This document shows, piece by piece, positions 1 through 10,106 of a stretch of 64,000 nucleotides of DNA. The notes under the pieces are model-generated. The model was given only the letters and a program-made list of their open reading frames with translations, had not been told where the DNA came from and ran no database searches. The stretch lies in the NCBI GenBank assembly GCA_963704645.1, contig OY969926.1:480001-544000 (forward strand), in the 5' to 3' direction. Position 1 is the first letter of the stretch; each line of letters begins with the position of its first letter. The DNA is from an uncultured bacterium. GTDB lineage: Bacteria; Patescibacteriota; JACMRA01. A program made the translations under genes and the position numbers.

Positions 1-417
1 TGTTCCACAACTAACCCATGTGCCCTATTCGAAACAGCACTAACCTACAGCCCAACCCAAGCCCTAGCCAAAAGATATGGAGCTTCTGGTTCTACAAACT
101 CAGATAACCTAATACTAACTCTAAAAGATACAAGATTAGAACAATCTGGATTTACTACAACATGTTCCATAAAATATAAATTCAGAACAGATACAAGCTA
201 CAGAACATTAACAACAAACTCTACCTACAATAATACTACAGGATGTACAGGAAACCTTCTTAAAGCAAATCAACTATTATTCAATGTAGACTTTGAAATA
301 ACTGCAATAACTACAAATACAACTACAAACACTACAAAGAACTATCTAATCTATTCCAACTACGATTTCAAAGCTGGTTCTATTGGAGTTACTTCTATTG
401 GTGGAAGTGGGTTGTAG
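1..417 (+). CDS. 3' end of a surface protein; identical to the C-terminus of 4487..6946 (5'-truncated by the window)
   Basis: Open frame from nt 1 (CSTTNPCALFE...IGGSGL) to TAG at 415-417; matches 6530-6946. Confidence 0.9.
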   Translation, partial: CSTTNPCALFETALTYSPTQALAKRYGASGSTNSDNLILTLKDTRLEQSGFTTTCSIKYKFRTDTSYRTLTTNSTYNNTTGCTGNLLKANQLLFNVDFEITAITTNTTTNTTKNYLIYSNYDFKAGSIGVTSIGGSGL

Positions 418-446
418 GGGTTAATCATTGAAATTCACAACACTAT

Positions 447-556
447 GTAGGGGAGATGCTTGTCATCTCCCAGGGGTAAGGGGATGGGGAGTGGACTTTA
501 GTATGGGAATACTTTAACTCAACAACACCAAGTAGGGGAGATGCTTGTCGCCTCCC
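447..556 (+). repeat. Two GTAG-type REP hairpins (447-471, 532-556), also present in repeat copy B
   Basis: GTAG-GGGAGATG-CTTGT-CATCTCCC and GTAG-GGGAGATG-CTTGT-CGCCTCCC. Confidence 0.8.
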
Positions 557-648
557 ACTTGGGGTGTGACAAGGAAATAGAGAAAAACAAAATCAAATAC
601 ATAAAGTCTTAATCCCGCATTCCAAAACTACCCTCAAACCTTGCGGCG

Positions 649-737
649 CTACCCCCAAGCCTTTGGCTTGACCCCTTCGGGCAAACATGTCGGTTGAAAC
701 AAGTTCAACCTGCGCCAGTTTACTTACCAGGGGTACT
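649..737 (+). repeat. Hairpin element CTACCCC-[hairpin]-ACCCCTT...ACCAGGGGTACT with a nested GGTTGAAACAAGTTCAACC palindrome
   Basis: Relatives at 4304-4388, 7178-7266, 58528-58572 and 60901-60945. Confidence 0.85.
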
Positions 738-917
738 TTCAGCCAAGTTTACTCTAATTGTGTTATACTTCTAACCAAACACAGCTCCCTTTATTGGGGG
801 TTTTGGTTTGTCTTTTTTATACAAATCTTTTGTCTTAACTTTTGAAACAAAGAAATTAATGGTGAAATTAAGCAAATTATCTTTGACAACCAAACCAACT
901 GAGCTAAAAGTTTAGTA

Positions 918-2375
918 ATGGAAAAGAATAGCCAAAATTCTATAAAAGTACCAAAAGCTAAATCTAAAATTGTAGGTCAAATTGAAAATAATGTTAAGCA
1001 GGAAATTATTCCCGTATCGCAAAGTTTGGTAATTGGAGATGTTGGCAGCGGTAAAACTGCTGTGGCTTTTATGGTTGGTTTAAACTACTTACTTGGCCTT
1101 CCTGGTGCCGAAGTTGCTTTGTTGGCGCCAACTGAAGTACTGGCATTTCAGCATTACAATAATTTAGTTGAGTGGGTAGAGAGAATGGGATTAGTTAGTA
1201 ATGCCAATTTTGATAAAGAAGCGAAAGATAAACCTCCTTCCAAAAATGAAAAAAATATTCTTCAGGCAAATAGTTTAAAGAATGAAAGTAATTACATAAC
1301 AACAGTTTTTGCTTCGGCTAAAGACATTCGCATTAATAATGTAAAAGTTAGTAAAAAACAGTTAGACTTGGAAATTAAAAATTACAGTAAAATTTTTTGG
1401 GTTGGAACCCATGCTTTGTTGTTTAAAAATTCTATCAAGCCAGACTTGGTTATGGTTGATGAACAGCACCGATTTGGAGTAAGTCAACGTCAATCTTTAA
1501 ATTCTAAAAATAAAAATGGAAGCCTTGAAGAAAAAAATTTAACTGGTAAAAACAACGAAAATTTGGCCAGCCATTTTGTTTCCTTTACAGCAACTCCAAT
1601 TCCCAGAACGCTATCTTTAACTTTACTAGATACACTTCAGCCACATTTCTTGCAACCAATTCGTGCTAAGCAAATTACAACCACTGTTCTACCCTTCGAA
1701 AATTTCGACGAAAAAATTGTACCAGCAATAACTTCTCATTTGGTTAAAAATAGAAAGGTTTTTTTAATCGTTCCAAAAATTGAGGAAGACGAAACTGATC
1801 AGCTTTGGAATGTTTCCAAATTAAATACCTGGGCTGAAAAATATTTTCCCCAAAAGGTAATGCAAGTACATGGAAAAGTTAAAGACAAAAGTGCAGTGTT
1901 GAAAGAATTTGCTAGTTCCAATCAGTTCCAAATTTTGGTTTCAACTACGGTTATTGAAGTTGGGGTAGACATTGTTGAAGCTTCTTTGATGGTTGTTTTT
2001 AATTCAGAGCGGTTTGGATTGGCTGCATTGCATCAGTTGCGTGGGCGTGTAGGGAGAAATAAATATACCGATAATCAATGTATTTTACTTACTAATAATT
2101 ATTCGGTAAATAAGCCGCGTTTGCAGTTTCTAACAACCAGCTTAGATGGTTATGAAATAGCCGAAAAAGATTTACAACTTCGTGGCAGCGGTGATATAAT
2201 TGGTAAGCAACAATCTGGTTTTTTAGATGAAATTGAAGATGTGGTTGGTTTAGACACATCTATTTATGAAGATATGAAAAATTTTGTAGATGACTTAGAC
2301 TGGCCAGATTTAAAATCTCTTCCACGTTTAAAAAACTATTTAGAAAAAACAGTACAAGAAATCTGGCAAGAGTAG
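918..2375 (+). CDS. recG: RecG helicase core lacking the N-terminal wedge domain
   Basis: GDVGSGKT, APTEVLA, DEQHRFG, TATPIPRTL, LHQLRGRVGR, DLQLRGSG. Confidence 0.9.
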   Translation: MEKNSQNSIKVPKAKSKIVGQIENNVKQEIIPVSQSLVIGDVGSGKTAVAFMVGLNYLLGLPGAEVALLAPTEVLAFQHYNNLVEWVERMGLVSNANFDKEAKDKPPSKNEKNILQANSLKNESNYITTVFASAKDIRINNVKVSKKQLDLEIKNYSKIFWVGTHALLFKNSIKPDLVMVDEQHRFGVSQRQSLNSKNKNGSLEEKNLTGKNNENLASHFVSFTATPIPRTLSLTLLDTLQPHFLQPIRAKQITTTVLPFENFDEKIVPAITSHLVKNRKVFLIVPKIEEDETDQLWNVSKLNTWAEKYFPQKVMQVHGKVKDKSAVLKEFASSNQFQILVSTTVIEVGVDIVEASLMVVFNSERFGLAALHQLRGRVGRNKYTDNQCILLTNNYSVNKPRLQFLTTSLDGYEIAEKDLQLRGSGDIIGKQQSGFLDEIEDVVGLDTSIYEDMKNFVDDLDWPDLKSLPRLKNYLEKTVQEIWQE

Positions 2376-2726
2376 AGTATATTTCAGATTAATATTTTAA
2401 TTACAAACTAAGTCTAAATGTTTTTGCATTTAATTTCTAGGTATGCTAAACACAATTTGTGAGTTAATGAACGAAAACTAAGAGATAAAATAATCTGTTT
2501 AGATTTTTGTGTTTGTGGTGTATAATATTTTAACTTTAAAACAATTTTAGAAACTATGTGTTCATATTTTGTACTTAAATTAGAGTATTTTTTACGTTAA
2601 AATGTGTATCTATTGTACATTCAGAATAATTTGTACATTAAAATTGGCAAAGTAATAAATAATTTTAAGATTAAATAATACTTAGTAATTTACTAAGTTA
2701 CAAACCAGTATAATTTGGAGAAACAG

Positions 2727-3233
2727 ATGTCTAAATCAATTATTATTGTAGAAGACAATCTAGAATATGTAGAAGCCCTGAAAGCCACATTGGAAAACTA
2801 TGGCACTATATTTACACCTAGAATTTTATCAGGTTATGCTGCTGCTGTAGAATTTTTGGCTGAAATTTGTGAAATCGTTGACAGGGCAATTGAACATAAT
2901 TTTGAGACAATTATTTTATTGGATCATTTTCTGTTTGGGCAAAGCCAACATCCATACTGCGGAGGTCAGATTCACCGCTGGGTTATGTGGCATTTTGGAA
3001 GGACGAATCCAGAATACGGAATAAAATTCATATCAATTTCGTCTGCAACCCAAATGGCTCAGCTTAATTATATGAATATGGATGGTCTTGAACCGAACGT
3101 AAACTATTCATCAATCCCGCATTTCTCTGAAAAAGCAAACTTATGTTCTTACTTTGGTATACTTGAAGAAGGCGATCCTGAGTTGGAAAAACATAATTCA
3201 GCTTTAAAAAAGATTGTTAGCTTGTTCAATTAG
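2727..3233 (+). CDS. Divergent stand-alone receiver-domain-like protein
   Basis: IIIVEDN and IILLDH motifs; GGAG upstream of ATG 2727. Confidence 0.5.
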   Translation: MSKSIIIVEDNLEYVEALKATLENYGTIFTPRILSGYAAAVEFLAEICEIVDRAIEHNFETIILLDHFLFGQSQHPYCGGQIHRWVMWHFGRTNPEYGIKFISISSATQMAQLNYMNMDGLEPNVNYSSIPHFSEKANLCSYFGILEEGDPELEKHNSALKKIVSLFN

Positions 3234-3357
3234 GCATTAGTCTATAGCTCTAAGCTAAACCCAACCCCACCTTGGCCTTCCTTGGTGGTTTATTTTTGTA
3301 AAATGAAGCCTTGTTAACATTCTTCATAATCTGTTTTTTGAATAGTTAAAAACCAAA

Positions 3358-4113
3358 TTACCTACTATTCCAAACCATTATAAATACACCTTTTAAAAAT
3401 TCTGCCATGGTTTTGTTTCGTATTTCAAAAGCTCTTGTATTAACCGTGTCCCATAAAATTATAACATCATTTATAATCCAAAAAGAACCCATTTTGTTAA
3501 ACTCCACTGGCAAAAATCTCCAATCTCTTAAATATTCTTCTTTAATATTATTTATGTTAAAATATGAATTATTGTGGGTTGCTAAAATAAGCGATGAAAT
3601 ATTCTTCTTAATTCTTTTTGGTAGCCAAATATTTGACCAATAGTTGATATCTATAATTTCTATAAAATCGTTGCCCTCGCCAAAACTGTGTATAGTTGAG
3701 TTTGGTGTTGTTGTTTCTAATATACTATTAAACAAAAGCAAAAACTTATCCTTGCCAGTGTAGGTTTTAAACACGGGCTCATTGTATCCATACCAGTTGG
3801 TTAATATTTCTGGTAAAAATTCTTGAAAATCTGAAACAGCTTTGTTACTTTGATATTGTTTTTGTTGAAGCAGGCTTAGTACAATATTTGGATTAGTTAT
3901 TAAAAAACCTTCTTTGTTCCTTTCAACAGATTCTAGCAAACCCAACTTGGCTAATTGATCTAAAGTTCTATAAACAAAAATTCTATTTGTACCTAATTTT
4001 CGGCAAATTTCTGAAATTGTAATTCTTTTATCTAGTAAAATAGTTTCGTAAACTTGTGCTTGTTTTTGATTTAAATTTAGTTCTAATAATATTTTAGAAA
4101 ATTGTGTGTTCAT
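3358..4113 (-). CDS. TrmB-family transcriptional regulator
   Basis: N-terminal wHTH (LNLNQKQAQVY...ISEICRKLG...LAKLGLL) and a TrmB-like C-terminal domain. Confidence 0.8.
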   Translation of the reverse strand: MNTQFSKILLELNLNQKQAQVYETILLDKRITISEICRKLGTNRIFVYRTLDQLAKLGLLESVERNKEGFLITNPNIVLSLLQQKQYQSNKAVSDFQEFLPEILTNWYGYNEPVFKTYTGKDKFLLLFNSILETTTPNSTIHSFGEGNDFIEIIDINYWSNIWLPKRIKKNISSLILATHNNSYFNINNIKEEYLRDWRFLPVEFNKMGSFWIINDVIILWDTVNTRAFEIRNKTMAEFLKGVFIMVWNSR

Positions 4114-4303
4114 ATTCCGTACAGATTGTAACTATAAAAAACTCTTACTGTAAATAATTTTAAGAATAGTATAACAAATTACGAACACCAAAATTGTTTA
4201 GGTTAAAAGTTCACCCTTTGGGTTTGTATATTTTTTATTTTATCTTGAAATTTTCTATCTAAAACATCGGTGGCTAAAACTGGACTAGAGTTTGCATATG
4301 TTT

Positions 4304-4388
4304 CTAACCCCAAGCATTCGGCTTGACCCCTTCTGGCGAACATGTTGGTTGAAACAAGTTTAACCTGCACTAGTTTAATTGCCAGGTA
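4304..4388 (+). repeat. Diverged copy of the 649-737 hairpin element
   Basis: CCCCAAGC-ATTCG-GCTTGACCCCTTC..AACATGTTGGTTGAAACAAGTTTAACCTGC. Confidence 0.85.
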
Positions 4389-4486
4389 TGCTCAATCATA
4401 TCTCCTACAATTTAGTTAGACTTTTACCTTATTTAATATGGTTTTTGGTTTATTTATACTTCCCATAAATCAATATCCAATCCCCT

Positions 4487-6946
4487 TTGCCTAAACCTAA
4501 AAAACAAAATACAATAGAACAAAACCAAAACAAAAATATGAATCAAAAACCATCTTTAATAAAAGGTAATATTCTAAAATCATTCCTTCAATCTAAAAAA
4601 GGACAATATTCTTTATTCTCTTTATTAACACTTTCTGTATTATTAATATCTGGATTATATACATTTAGTTTATTAAAACAAAATAATATAGACACAGCCT
4701 TAGCAGGTTTAAATTGTCCTGCTAATTTTACTTTGGTAAATGGTAATTGCCAATATAATGCCACACCTAACACTTCACTGTCTTGTCCGCAAGGTGGAAC
4801 TGTAAATGGTACAAATTGTACATACAATGCTGTTCAAGGATCTGGTCAGTATTCTTGCCCACAAGGAGGGGCTTTAAATGGTCAGCAGTGTAGCTACAAT
4901 GCTACGCCTCAAGCTATAGGAGGCACTTGTCCGCAAGGAGGTGTGATTGTAGACTCATCTCCTGGTTCAAATATATATACAATCTTTTCACAGTATATCA
5001 ATGGTCCTTTTGGAGGGGCGATAAATATTCAAGGATCTCAAGCTTGTCTTGTTGATCGGGGACAGACATTCTCTAGTGATCCTTGTGTTGGCTATAACAA
5101 CTCATCAGTTAATGGCTTTGCGTGGGTTGCAGTTAGTAATAGATTCTGTTATTCTTCTCCATTTCCATCAAGCGCATCTTTCACTTGCGATAAGGGCGGT
5201 ATTTTAGGTACAGATAATAATTGCTATGCTTATAGTTCTGGGGCACCATATTCAAATACTTGGTGTCCATCAGGGTGGTCGAACTACAATACTAACGTTG
5301 CATTCGCAGGGTGTATAAAAAGCCCGAGTCAAACCCCATCAAATCAAGTAACCCAAACTTGTCCATCTGGTGGCTCTGCTGTTGGTTCAATATGCTATTA
5401 CAATGCAACCTTAAGCCCAGGAGCATATAGTTGTCCACTAGGAGGAAGCTTGTCTGGAACGACTTGTTCTTACCCAGCCACTTCAACTACATCTAGCTAT
5501 TTTTGTCCAAATGGAGGCAATGTTAGCGGCACTGTTTGTTTAGCCAATTCAGGCACAACCTACACCCCAGAACCAGGCCAAATCACAGGTCTAACCTGTA
5601 CACCTTCTAGCGTTGTAGCCTCAGGAACAGTAAACTGTAGCGGACAAGCCACAGGAGCACCAAGTGGAGTACCTTATGCAGGAAACATTACAGTAACAAT
5701 AGACAACGGAGGAGGAAGTATAACAACTACAATAAACCCAGACGGAACTTTCACAGCTTCTTCAGTACCAGTAGGAACAACCACAGGAACTAAAGCAGCT
5801 ACAACTAACTTAGGAGGAACAACTTCTATTACAGTTACAGCAGCTTCTATCACAGTAGACCCAGACCTAGCTTCAGGCCCAGGAAGTTTATCTAACTCTA
5901 CAGATTGTACAAGTGCAAAGAACGTAACTATTGGAACTGTCTACACTTGTTCTTTCCCAATCAACGGAACAGGCCCATTTGTATTACCAGCAGGAGGAAT
6001 ACAAGCTAGAACCAATCAAAGTGCAAACAACTCTACCCCAGTAAACACATGTACCATTGCAGCTTCAGTATTAACCTGTACAGGAATAACAACAGTAGGA
6101 ACACCAAGTACATTAATAGCAGGAACTGGTAATGTACAATTAGGTAAGGGAACAACTCCAGCTACTTGGAACACTAAGGGAGTAGTTACCTTGGTAGCTG
6201 CCACCTCCCCCCTAACCACAACCGACATCCCTTCCCTTACAGTAACATGTGGAGTAGGAGGAACTCCTGGAACAGTAAGAGTAAACACTACAACAACTTG
6301 TACCTTCACTCTTCCTACAAACAAAACATTACCAAATAACTTCAAACTAGGAATAGGTAATGCAACCCCTGCAGGAACTTGTACTGTAGGAACAGGAATA
6401 AACTCTAGTCTAGTAACTTGTATTAACGTACCAACAGGAACACTTCTTGGAACACAACCTATTAACGGACAAATAGGAACTGAAACAATAACACCTACAG
6501 GAGAAACAGTAAATGTAATAGATTCACTATGTTCCACAACTAACCCATGTGCCCTATTCGAAACAGCACTAACCTACAGCCCAACCCAAGCCCTAGCCAA
6601 AAGATATGGAGCTTCTGGTTCTACAAACTCAGATAACCTAATACTAACTCTAAAAGATACAAGATTAGAACAATCTGGATTTACTACAACATGTTCCATA
6701 AAATATAAATTCAGAACAGATACAAGCTACAGAACATTAACAACAAACTCTACCTACAATAATACTACAGGATGTACAGGAAACCTTCTTAAAGCAAATC
6801 AACTATTATTCAATGTAGACTTTGAAATAACTGCAATAACTACAAATACAACTACAAACACTACAAAGAACTATCTAATCTATTCCAACTACGATTTCAA
6901 AGCTGGTTCTATTGGAGTTACTTCTATTGGTGGAAGTGGGTTGTAG
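4487..6946 (+). CDS. Modular Cys/Thr/Gly-rich surface protein (alternative start ATG 4538)
   Basis: N-terminal TM helix; CPxGG..GxxCxYxA repeats; Ig-like modules with paired Cys. Confidence 0.85.
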   Translation: MPKPKKQNTIEQNQNKNMNQKPSLIKGNILKSFLQSKKGQYSLFSLLTLSVLLISGLYTFSLLKQNNIDTALAGLNCPANFTLVNGNCQYNATPNTSLSCPQGGTVNGTNCTYNAVQGSGQYSCPQGGALNGQQCSYNATPQAIGGTCPQGGVIVDSSPGSNIYTIFSQYINGPFGGAINIQGSQACLVDRGQTFSSDPCVGYNNSSVNGFAWVAVSNRFCYSSPFPSSASFTCDKGGILGTDNNCYAYSSGAPYSNTWCPSGWSNYNTNVAFAGCIKSPSQTPSNQVTQTCPSGGSAVGSICYYNATLSPGAYSCPLGGSLSGTTCSYPATSTTSSYFCPNGGNVSGTVCLANSGTTYTPEPGQITGLTCTPSSVVASGTVNCSGQATGAPSGVPYAGNITVTIDNGGGSITTTINPDGTFTASSVPVGTTTGTKAATTNLGGTTSITVTAASITVDPDLASGPGSLSNSTDCTSAKNVTIGTVYTCSFPINGTGPFVLPAGGIQARTNQSANNSTPVNTCTIAASVLTCTGITTVGTPSTLIAGTGNVQLGKGTTPATWNTKGVVTLVAATSPLTTTDIPSLTVTCGVGGTPGTVRVNTTTTCTFTLPTNKTLPNNFKLGIGNATPAGTCTVGTGINSSLVTCINVPTGTLLGTQPINGQIGTETITPTGETVNVIDSLCSTTNPCALFETALTYSPTQALAKRYGASGSTNSDNLILTLKDTRLEQSGFTTTCSIKYKFRTDTSYRTLTTNSTYNNTTGCTGNLLKANQLLFNVDFEITAITTNTTTNTTKNYLIYSNYDFKAGSIGVTSIGGSGL

Positions 6947-7272
6947 GGGTTAATCATTGAAATTCACAACACTATGTAGGGGAGATGCTTGTCATCTCCC
7001 AGGGGTAAGGGGATGGGGAGTGGACTTTAGTATGGGAATACTTTAACTCAACAACACCAAGTAGGGGAGATGCTTGTCGCCTCCCACTTGGGGTGTGACA
7101 AGGAAATAGAGAAAAACAAAATCAAATACATAAAGTCTTAATCCCGCATTCCAAAACTACCCTCAAACCTTGCGGCGCTACCCCCAAGCCTTTGGCTTGA
7201 CCCCTTCGGGCAAACATGTCGGTTGAAACAAGTTCAACCTGCGCCAGTTTACTTACCAGGGGTACTTTCAGC
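6530..7272 (+). repeat. Direct repeat copy B
   Basis: Matches 1-743. Confidence 0.95.
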
Positions 7273-7406
7273 AGTTTGTCTCAAGAAGAAGGTGCTTTAC
7301 TTTCTTAAAAATAAGGAGGAAAAGAAATCAACTTGCCTTAAAACTAGAATCAAAATATAAGCTTACTTATTCCACCTTCCCACAATAAAAATAAGGAAAA
7401 TTAAAT

Positions 7407-7871
7407 ATGCCACAAATACTTTATTTATCAGCTGATCATGCTGGATTTAGACTAAAGGAAGACTTGAAAGCAGCTTTATTATCTTCCAATAACAATCTTT
7501 TTAAAAATTTAGAAATTATAGATCTAAGTCCTAAATTTATTAATGGCGATGACTATCCTTTGGTCGCTAAAAACTTGACTGCCCACATACTTGCTAGCCC
7601 AACATCTTTAGGTATTGCATTTTGTGGCAGCGGTCAGGGAATATGTATTGCATTGAACAGATTTAAAGGTATTAGGGCAGGGCTAGCTGATTCCCAAAAA
7701 GAAGCCAAACTACTAAAAGAACATAATCATGCCCAAATACTTTGTATGTCTGGCTTTTCATACAACTTAAATAAAAAGCTTGGTGTTTTAAAATCATTTC
7801 TTCAAGCAAAACAAAGTCCAGAACTTAGACATGTCACAAGAGTAGTCCAACTTGATAACTTGACTAGCTAG
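7407..7871 (+). CDS. rpiB: Ribose-5-phosphate isomerase B
   Basis: ADHAG, DYP, CGSGQG, GIRA, EHNHA, RHxxRV. Confidence 0.92.
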   Translation: MPQILYLSADHAGFRLKEDLKAALLSSNNNLFKNLEIIDLSPKFINGDDYPLVAKNLTAHILASPTSLGIAFCGSGQGICIALNRFKGIRAGLADSQKEAKLLKEHNHAQILCMSGFSYNLNKKLGVLKSFLQAKQSPELRHVTRVVQLDNLTS

Positions 7872-7897
7872 AATAGTAGTATTTATAATACGTAAAA

Positions 7898-7972
7898 GGC
7901 GCTATCGTCTAATGGTTAGGACACAGGATTCTCATTCCTGTAACCGGGGTTCAATTCCCCGTAGCGCTACCA
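7898..7972 (+). tRNA. tRNA-Glu(CTC)
   Basis: Cloverleaf; anticodon arm CAGGA-TTCTCAT-TCCTG; encoded CCA. Confidence 0.97.
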
Positions 7973-8072
7973 AAAATACACAAATATAAAATTTTTAATA
8001 AAATTAAGCAAAATATCTTGACTTTACTTAACCTTAAGTGGCACAATAGCCAGAACCATTTTTTCTATCAAT

Positions 8073-9992
8073 ATGATTGTTTTAACTAATGAAATTAGTA
8101 AAGCCGAATTCCTTAAACAATTATCTAACGAAGTTGGTTACCCAGGAGTTCTAAATATTCAAGCTGATGTTTTACCTAGCTTCCTAGACAACCAAGTTGC
8201 CCTAACAATTTTTTCTTACCAACTTAGTAATTATCCTCGTGAAATTGTTTGGTCATCCAGTAATCCTATAATTTTACAGCTTTTAAGAGATTCTCAGTTA
8301 AATATTTCTGAAAATTATTTAAAGCCACATTTTCCCAGTGAAGAAATTAGTGAAGTTGTACCTACAAATTCCAACTTGGAATTACCTTCAGACGCAGATT
8401 ATGAGGTAATTGAAAACTGGTCTGATATGGCTATTGATACTAGCTATTTAGCCAAAACCGGATTTTTTCAGAATAATGCTTTGGAAGTAATTCCAAATTT
8501 GAATTTAGAATCTAATTTTTCTTCTAAAATTCCTACTACTTTGGTAAAACCACAGTCTGAACAACACTATGTGAACGGCATGGATAAGGAACTTTCATTT
8601 TCCCCTAGCTCTGGTAATACTTTGAATACAATAAGTTTAGCTGGTTTACTGACTCAAGAAAAATATCAGCCAAGCAGTGTTATTAAATTAAGCCAAGAAG
8701 ATATACTTGAAGAAGAATTACAAGGTGAAAAGGTAAGTTTGCCAGAAGCAGGTAGTTTAGATAGTTGGTTAGAAAAAATTGAAGCTACACGTGAAGCGTT
8801 GAACAGTTTAAGAAAAGAGAAGGAGGCTGTAAACGAAAATTTATTTAATAATCTGCCAAACTTTGCCAGACCTAGAACAAGAAGCAAATGGTTTTACACA
8901 ATTACTGCAAGCTCAATTATATCTTTGTTAATTGTTAGTTTTTTAATTTTCTTCCCAACCCAAGCCTATACTTTGGAAGTTTATCCAGACTATCAAGATG
9001 GGACATTTATTTTGGAATCTAGCAAATCTGACCTTAGCAAAAAAGATATTCTTTTAGAAAGCAAGCAAACAATACCAACTCAAAATAAAGAAAAAACAGA
9101 AACCGAAAGAGCTGTTGGAACAATTAAATTAATTAACGAAGGGGGTAAAGATGTGGTTTTAGACAACGCTAAATTCCAATTAGTAAAAGACGGTTTTAGA
9201 TATTCACCAATTTACAACAGTACTCTACCAACCACTTTTTCTATTACTGCTCAGAACAATAAAACAGACAATGCTCCACAGTTCACTATTCAATCAATTC
9301 CCCAAATTGGAGTAGCTGGTAGTACTTTTAATCAAGCTGTGGGCACTAGGCTAAAAATTATAAATTTGCAGGATCAAAGCCCTTGCAGCAGTTGTTATGC
9401 CGTAGTAACAGCTGATATAACCAATAAAAATGGTGAAGGAAACAAAATTGTAACAGAAGCAGATTACGATAGTTTGAAAAATGTGGTGGAACAAGAGCTG
9501 CAAAAAAGTAGGAATGAGAAAATTCAATCTATACGTGCAGATAAAGTATTTATTGGTAAAAATTGGTACAAAGATGTGCAGAACAGCTATGTATTTAGTG
9601 CTAAAGTAGGGGAAAAAGCCGAAAATATTTCACTTGCAGCTTCTATAAATTCTGAAGTTTATTACACATTAAGAAGTGCAGTTGAAGACAAAATTCGCCA
9701 AGAAAATCCTGAAATTGATAAAATTAAAGATATGGCTTTATTGGGAAGTGAGGGTAGCTTAGATAGTCAAGGGGGAATTAAGTCCAACTTTTATTATACA
9801 TTTAGTAAGAAAGTTAAAGTTGATAGTTCTGAAGTTTCTAATATGCTGGCAGCTAAAGAATTCGATCAAGCAAGAAGTGATATCACTAAAGAATACCCTT
9901 CTGTTAAAAGAATTGAAAAGCAAGATCTTGGCATTAAGCTTCCTGGGCTTACACCTAGAACTGACATTAAAATTATAGAGAAAGATAGTTAA
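8073..9992 (+). CDS. Membrane-anchored protein with a baseplate-J-like C-terminal region (CPR type)
   Basis: Central TM helix; AVGTIKLIN and GEGNKIVTEADYD resemble CPR baseplate-J-like proteins. Confidence 0.5.
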   Translation: MIVLTNEISKAEFLKQLSNEVGYPGVLNIQADVLPSFLDNQVALTIFSYQLSNYPREIVWSSSNPIILQLLRDSQLNISENYLKPHFPSEEISEVVPTNSNLELPSDADYEVIENWSDMAIDTSYLAKTGFFQNNALEVIPNLNLESNFSSKIPTTLVKPQSEQHYVNGMDKELSFSPSSGNTLNTISLAGLLTQEKYQPSSVIKLSQEDILEEELQGEKVSLPEAGSLDSWLEKIEATREALNSLRKEKEAVNENLFNNLPNFARPRTRSKWFYTITASSIISLLIVSFLIFFPTQAYTLEVYPDYQDGTFILESSKSDLSKKDILLESKQTIPTQNKEKTETERAVGTIKLINEGGKDVVLDNAKFQLVKDGFRYSPIYNSTLPTTFSITAQNNKTDNAPQFTIQSIPQIGVAGSTFNQAVGTRLKIINLQDQSPCSSCYAVVTADITNKNGEGNKIVTEADYDSLKNVVEQELQKSRNEKIQSIRADKVFIGKNWYKDVQNSYVFSAKVGEKAENISLAASINSEVYYTLRSAVEDKIRQENPEIDKIKDMALLGSEGSLDSQGGIKSNFYYTFSKKVKVDSSEVSNMLAAKEFDQARSDITKEYPSVKRIEKQDLGIKLPGLTPRTDIKIIEKDS

Positions 9993-10106
9993 ACTCGGTC
10001 AATACTTACACCAATACACTCACTTTTTTTCTTAGCAGGAAAATCAAAAAGTTGTCTTTAACTAAAAAGATTTGTAATAAGCTTTAAATCAAAGTATATT
10101 TTACTT

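Larger units (their letters stand above)
1..743 (+). repeat. Direct repeat copy A (>=743 bp)
   Basis: Reads identically to 6530-7272 (offset 6529); diverges after GGTACTTTCAGC. Confidence 0.95.

Noticed and set aside
440-560. Two 25-nt repeats as a mini-CRISPR
   Set aside because: Only two units about 60 nt apart, GTAG-REP form, no cas genes.
1-7272. Diversity-generating retroelement TR/VR pair
   Set aside because: Copies look identical with no adenine-specific mismatches, and no reverse transcriptase is in the window.
8073-9992. Prophage or contractile injection system
   Set aside because: A lone baseplate-J-like gene among housekeeping genes, with no other structural genes.
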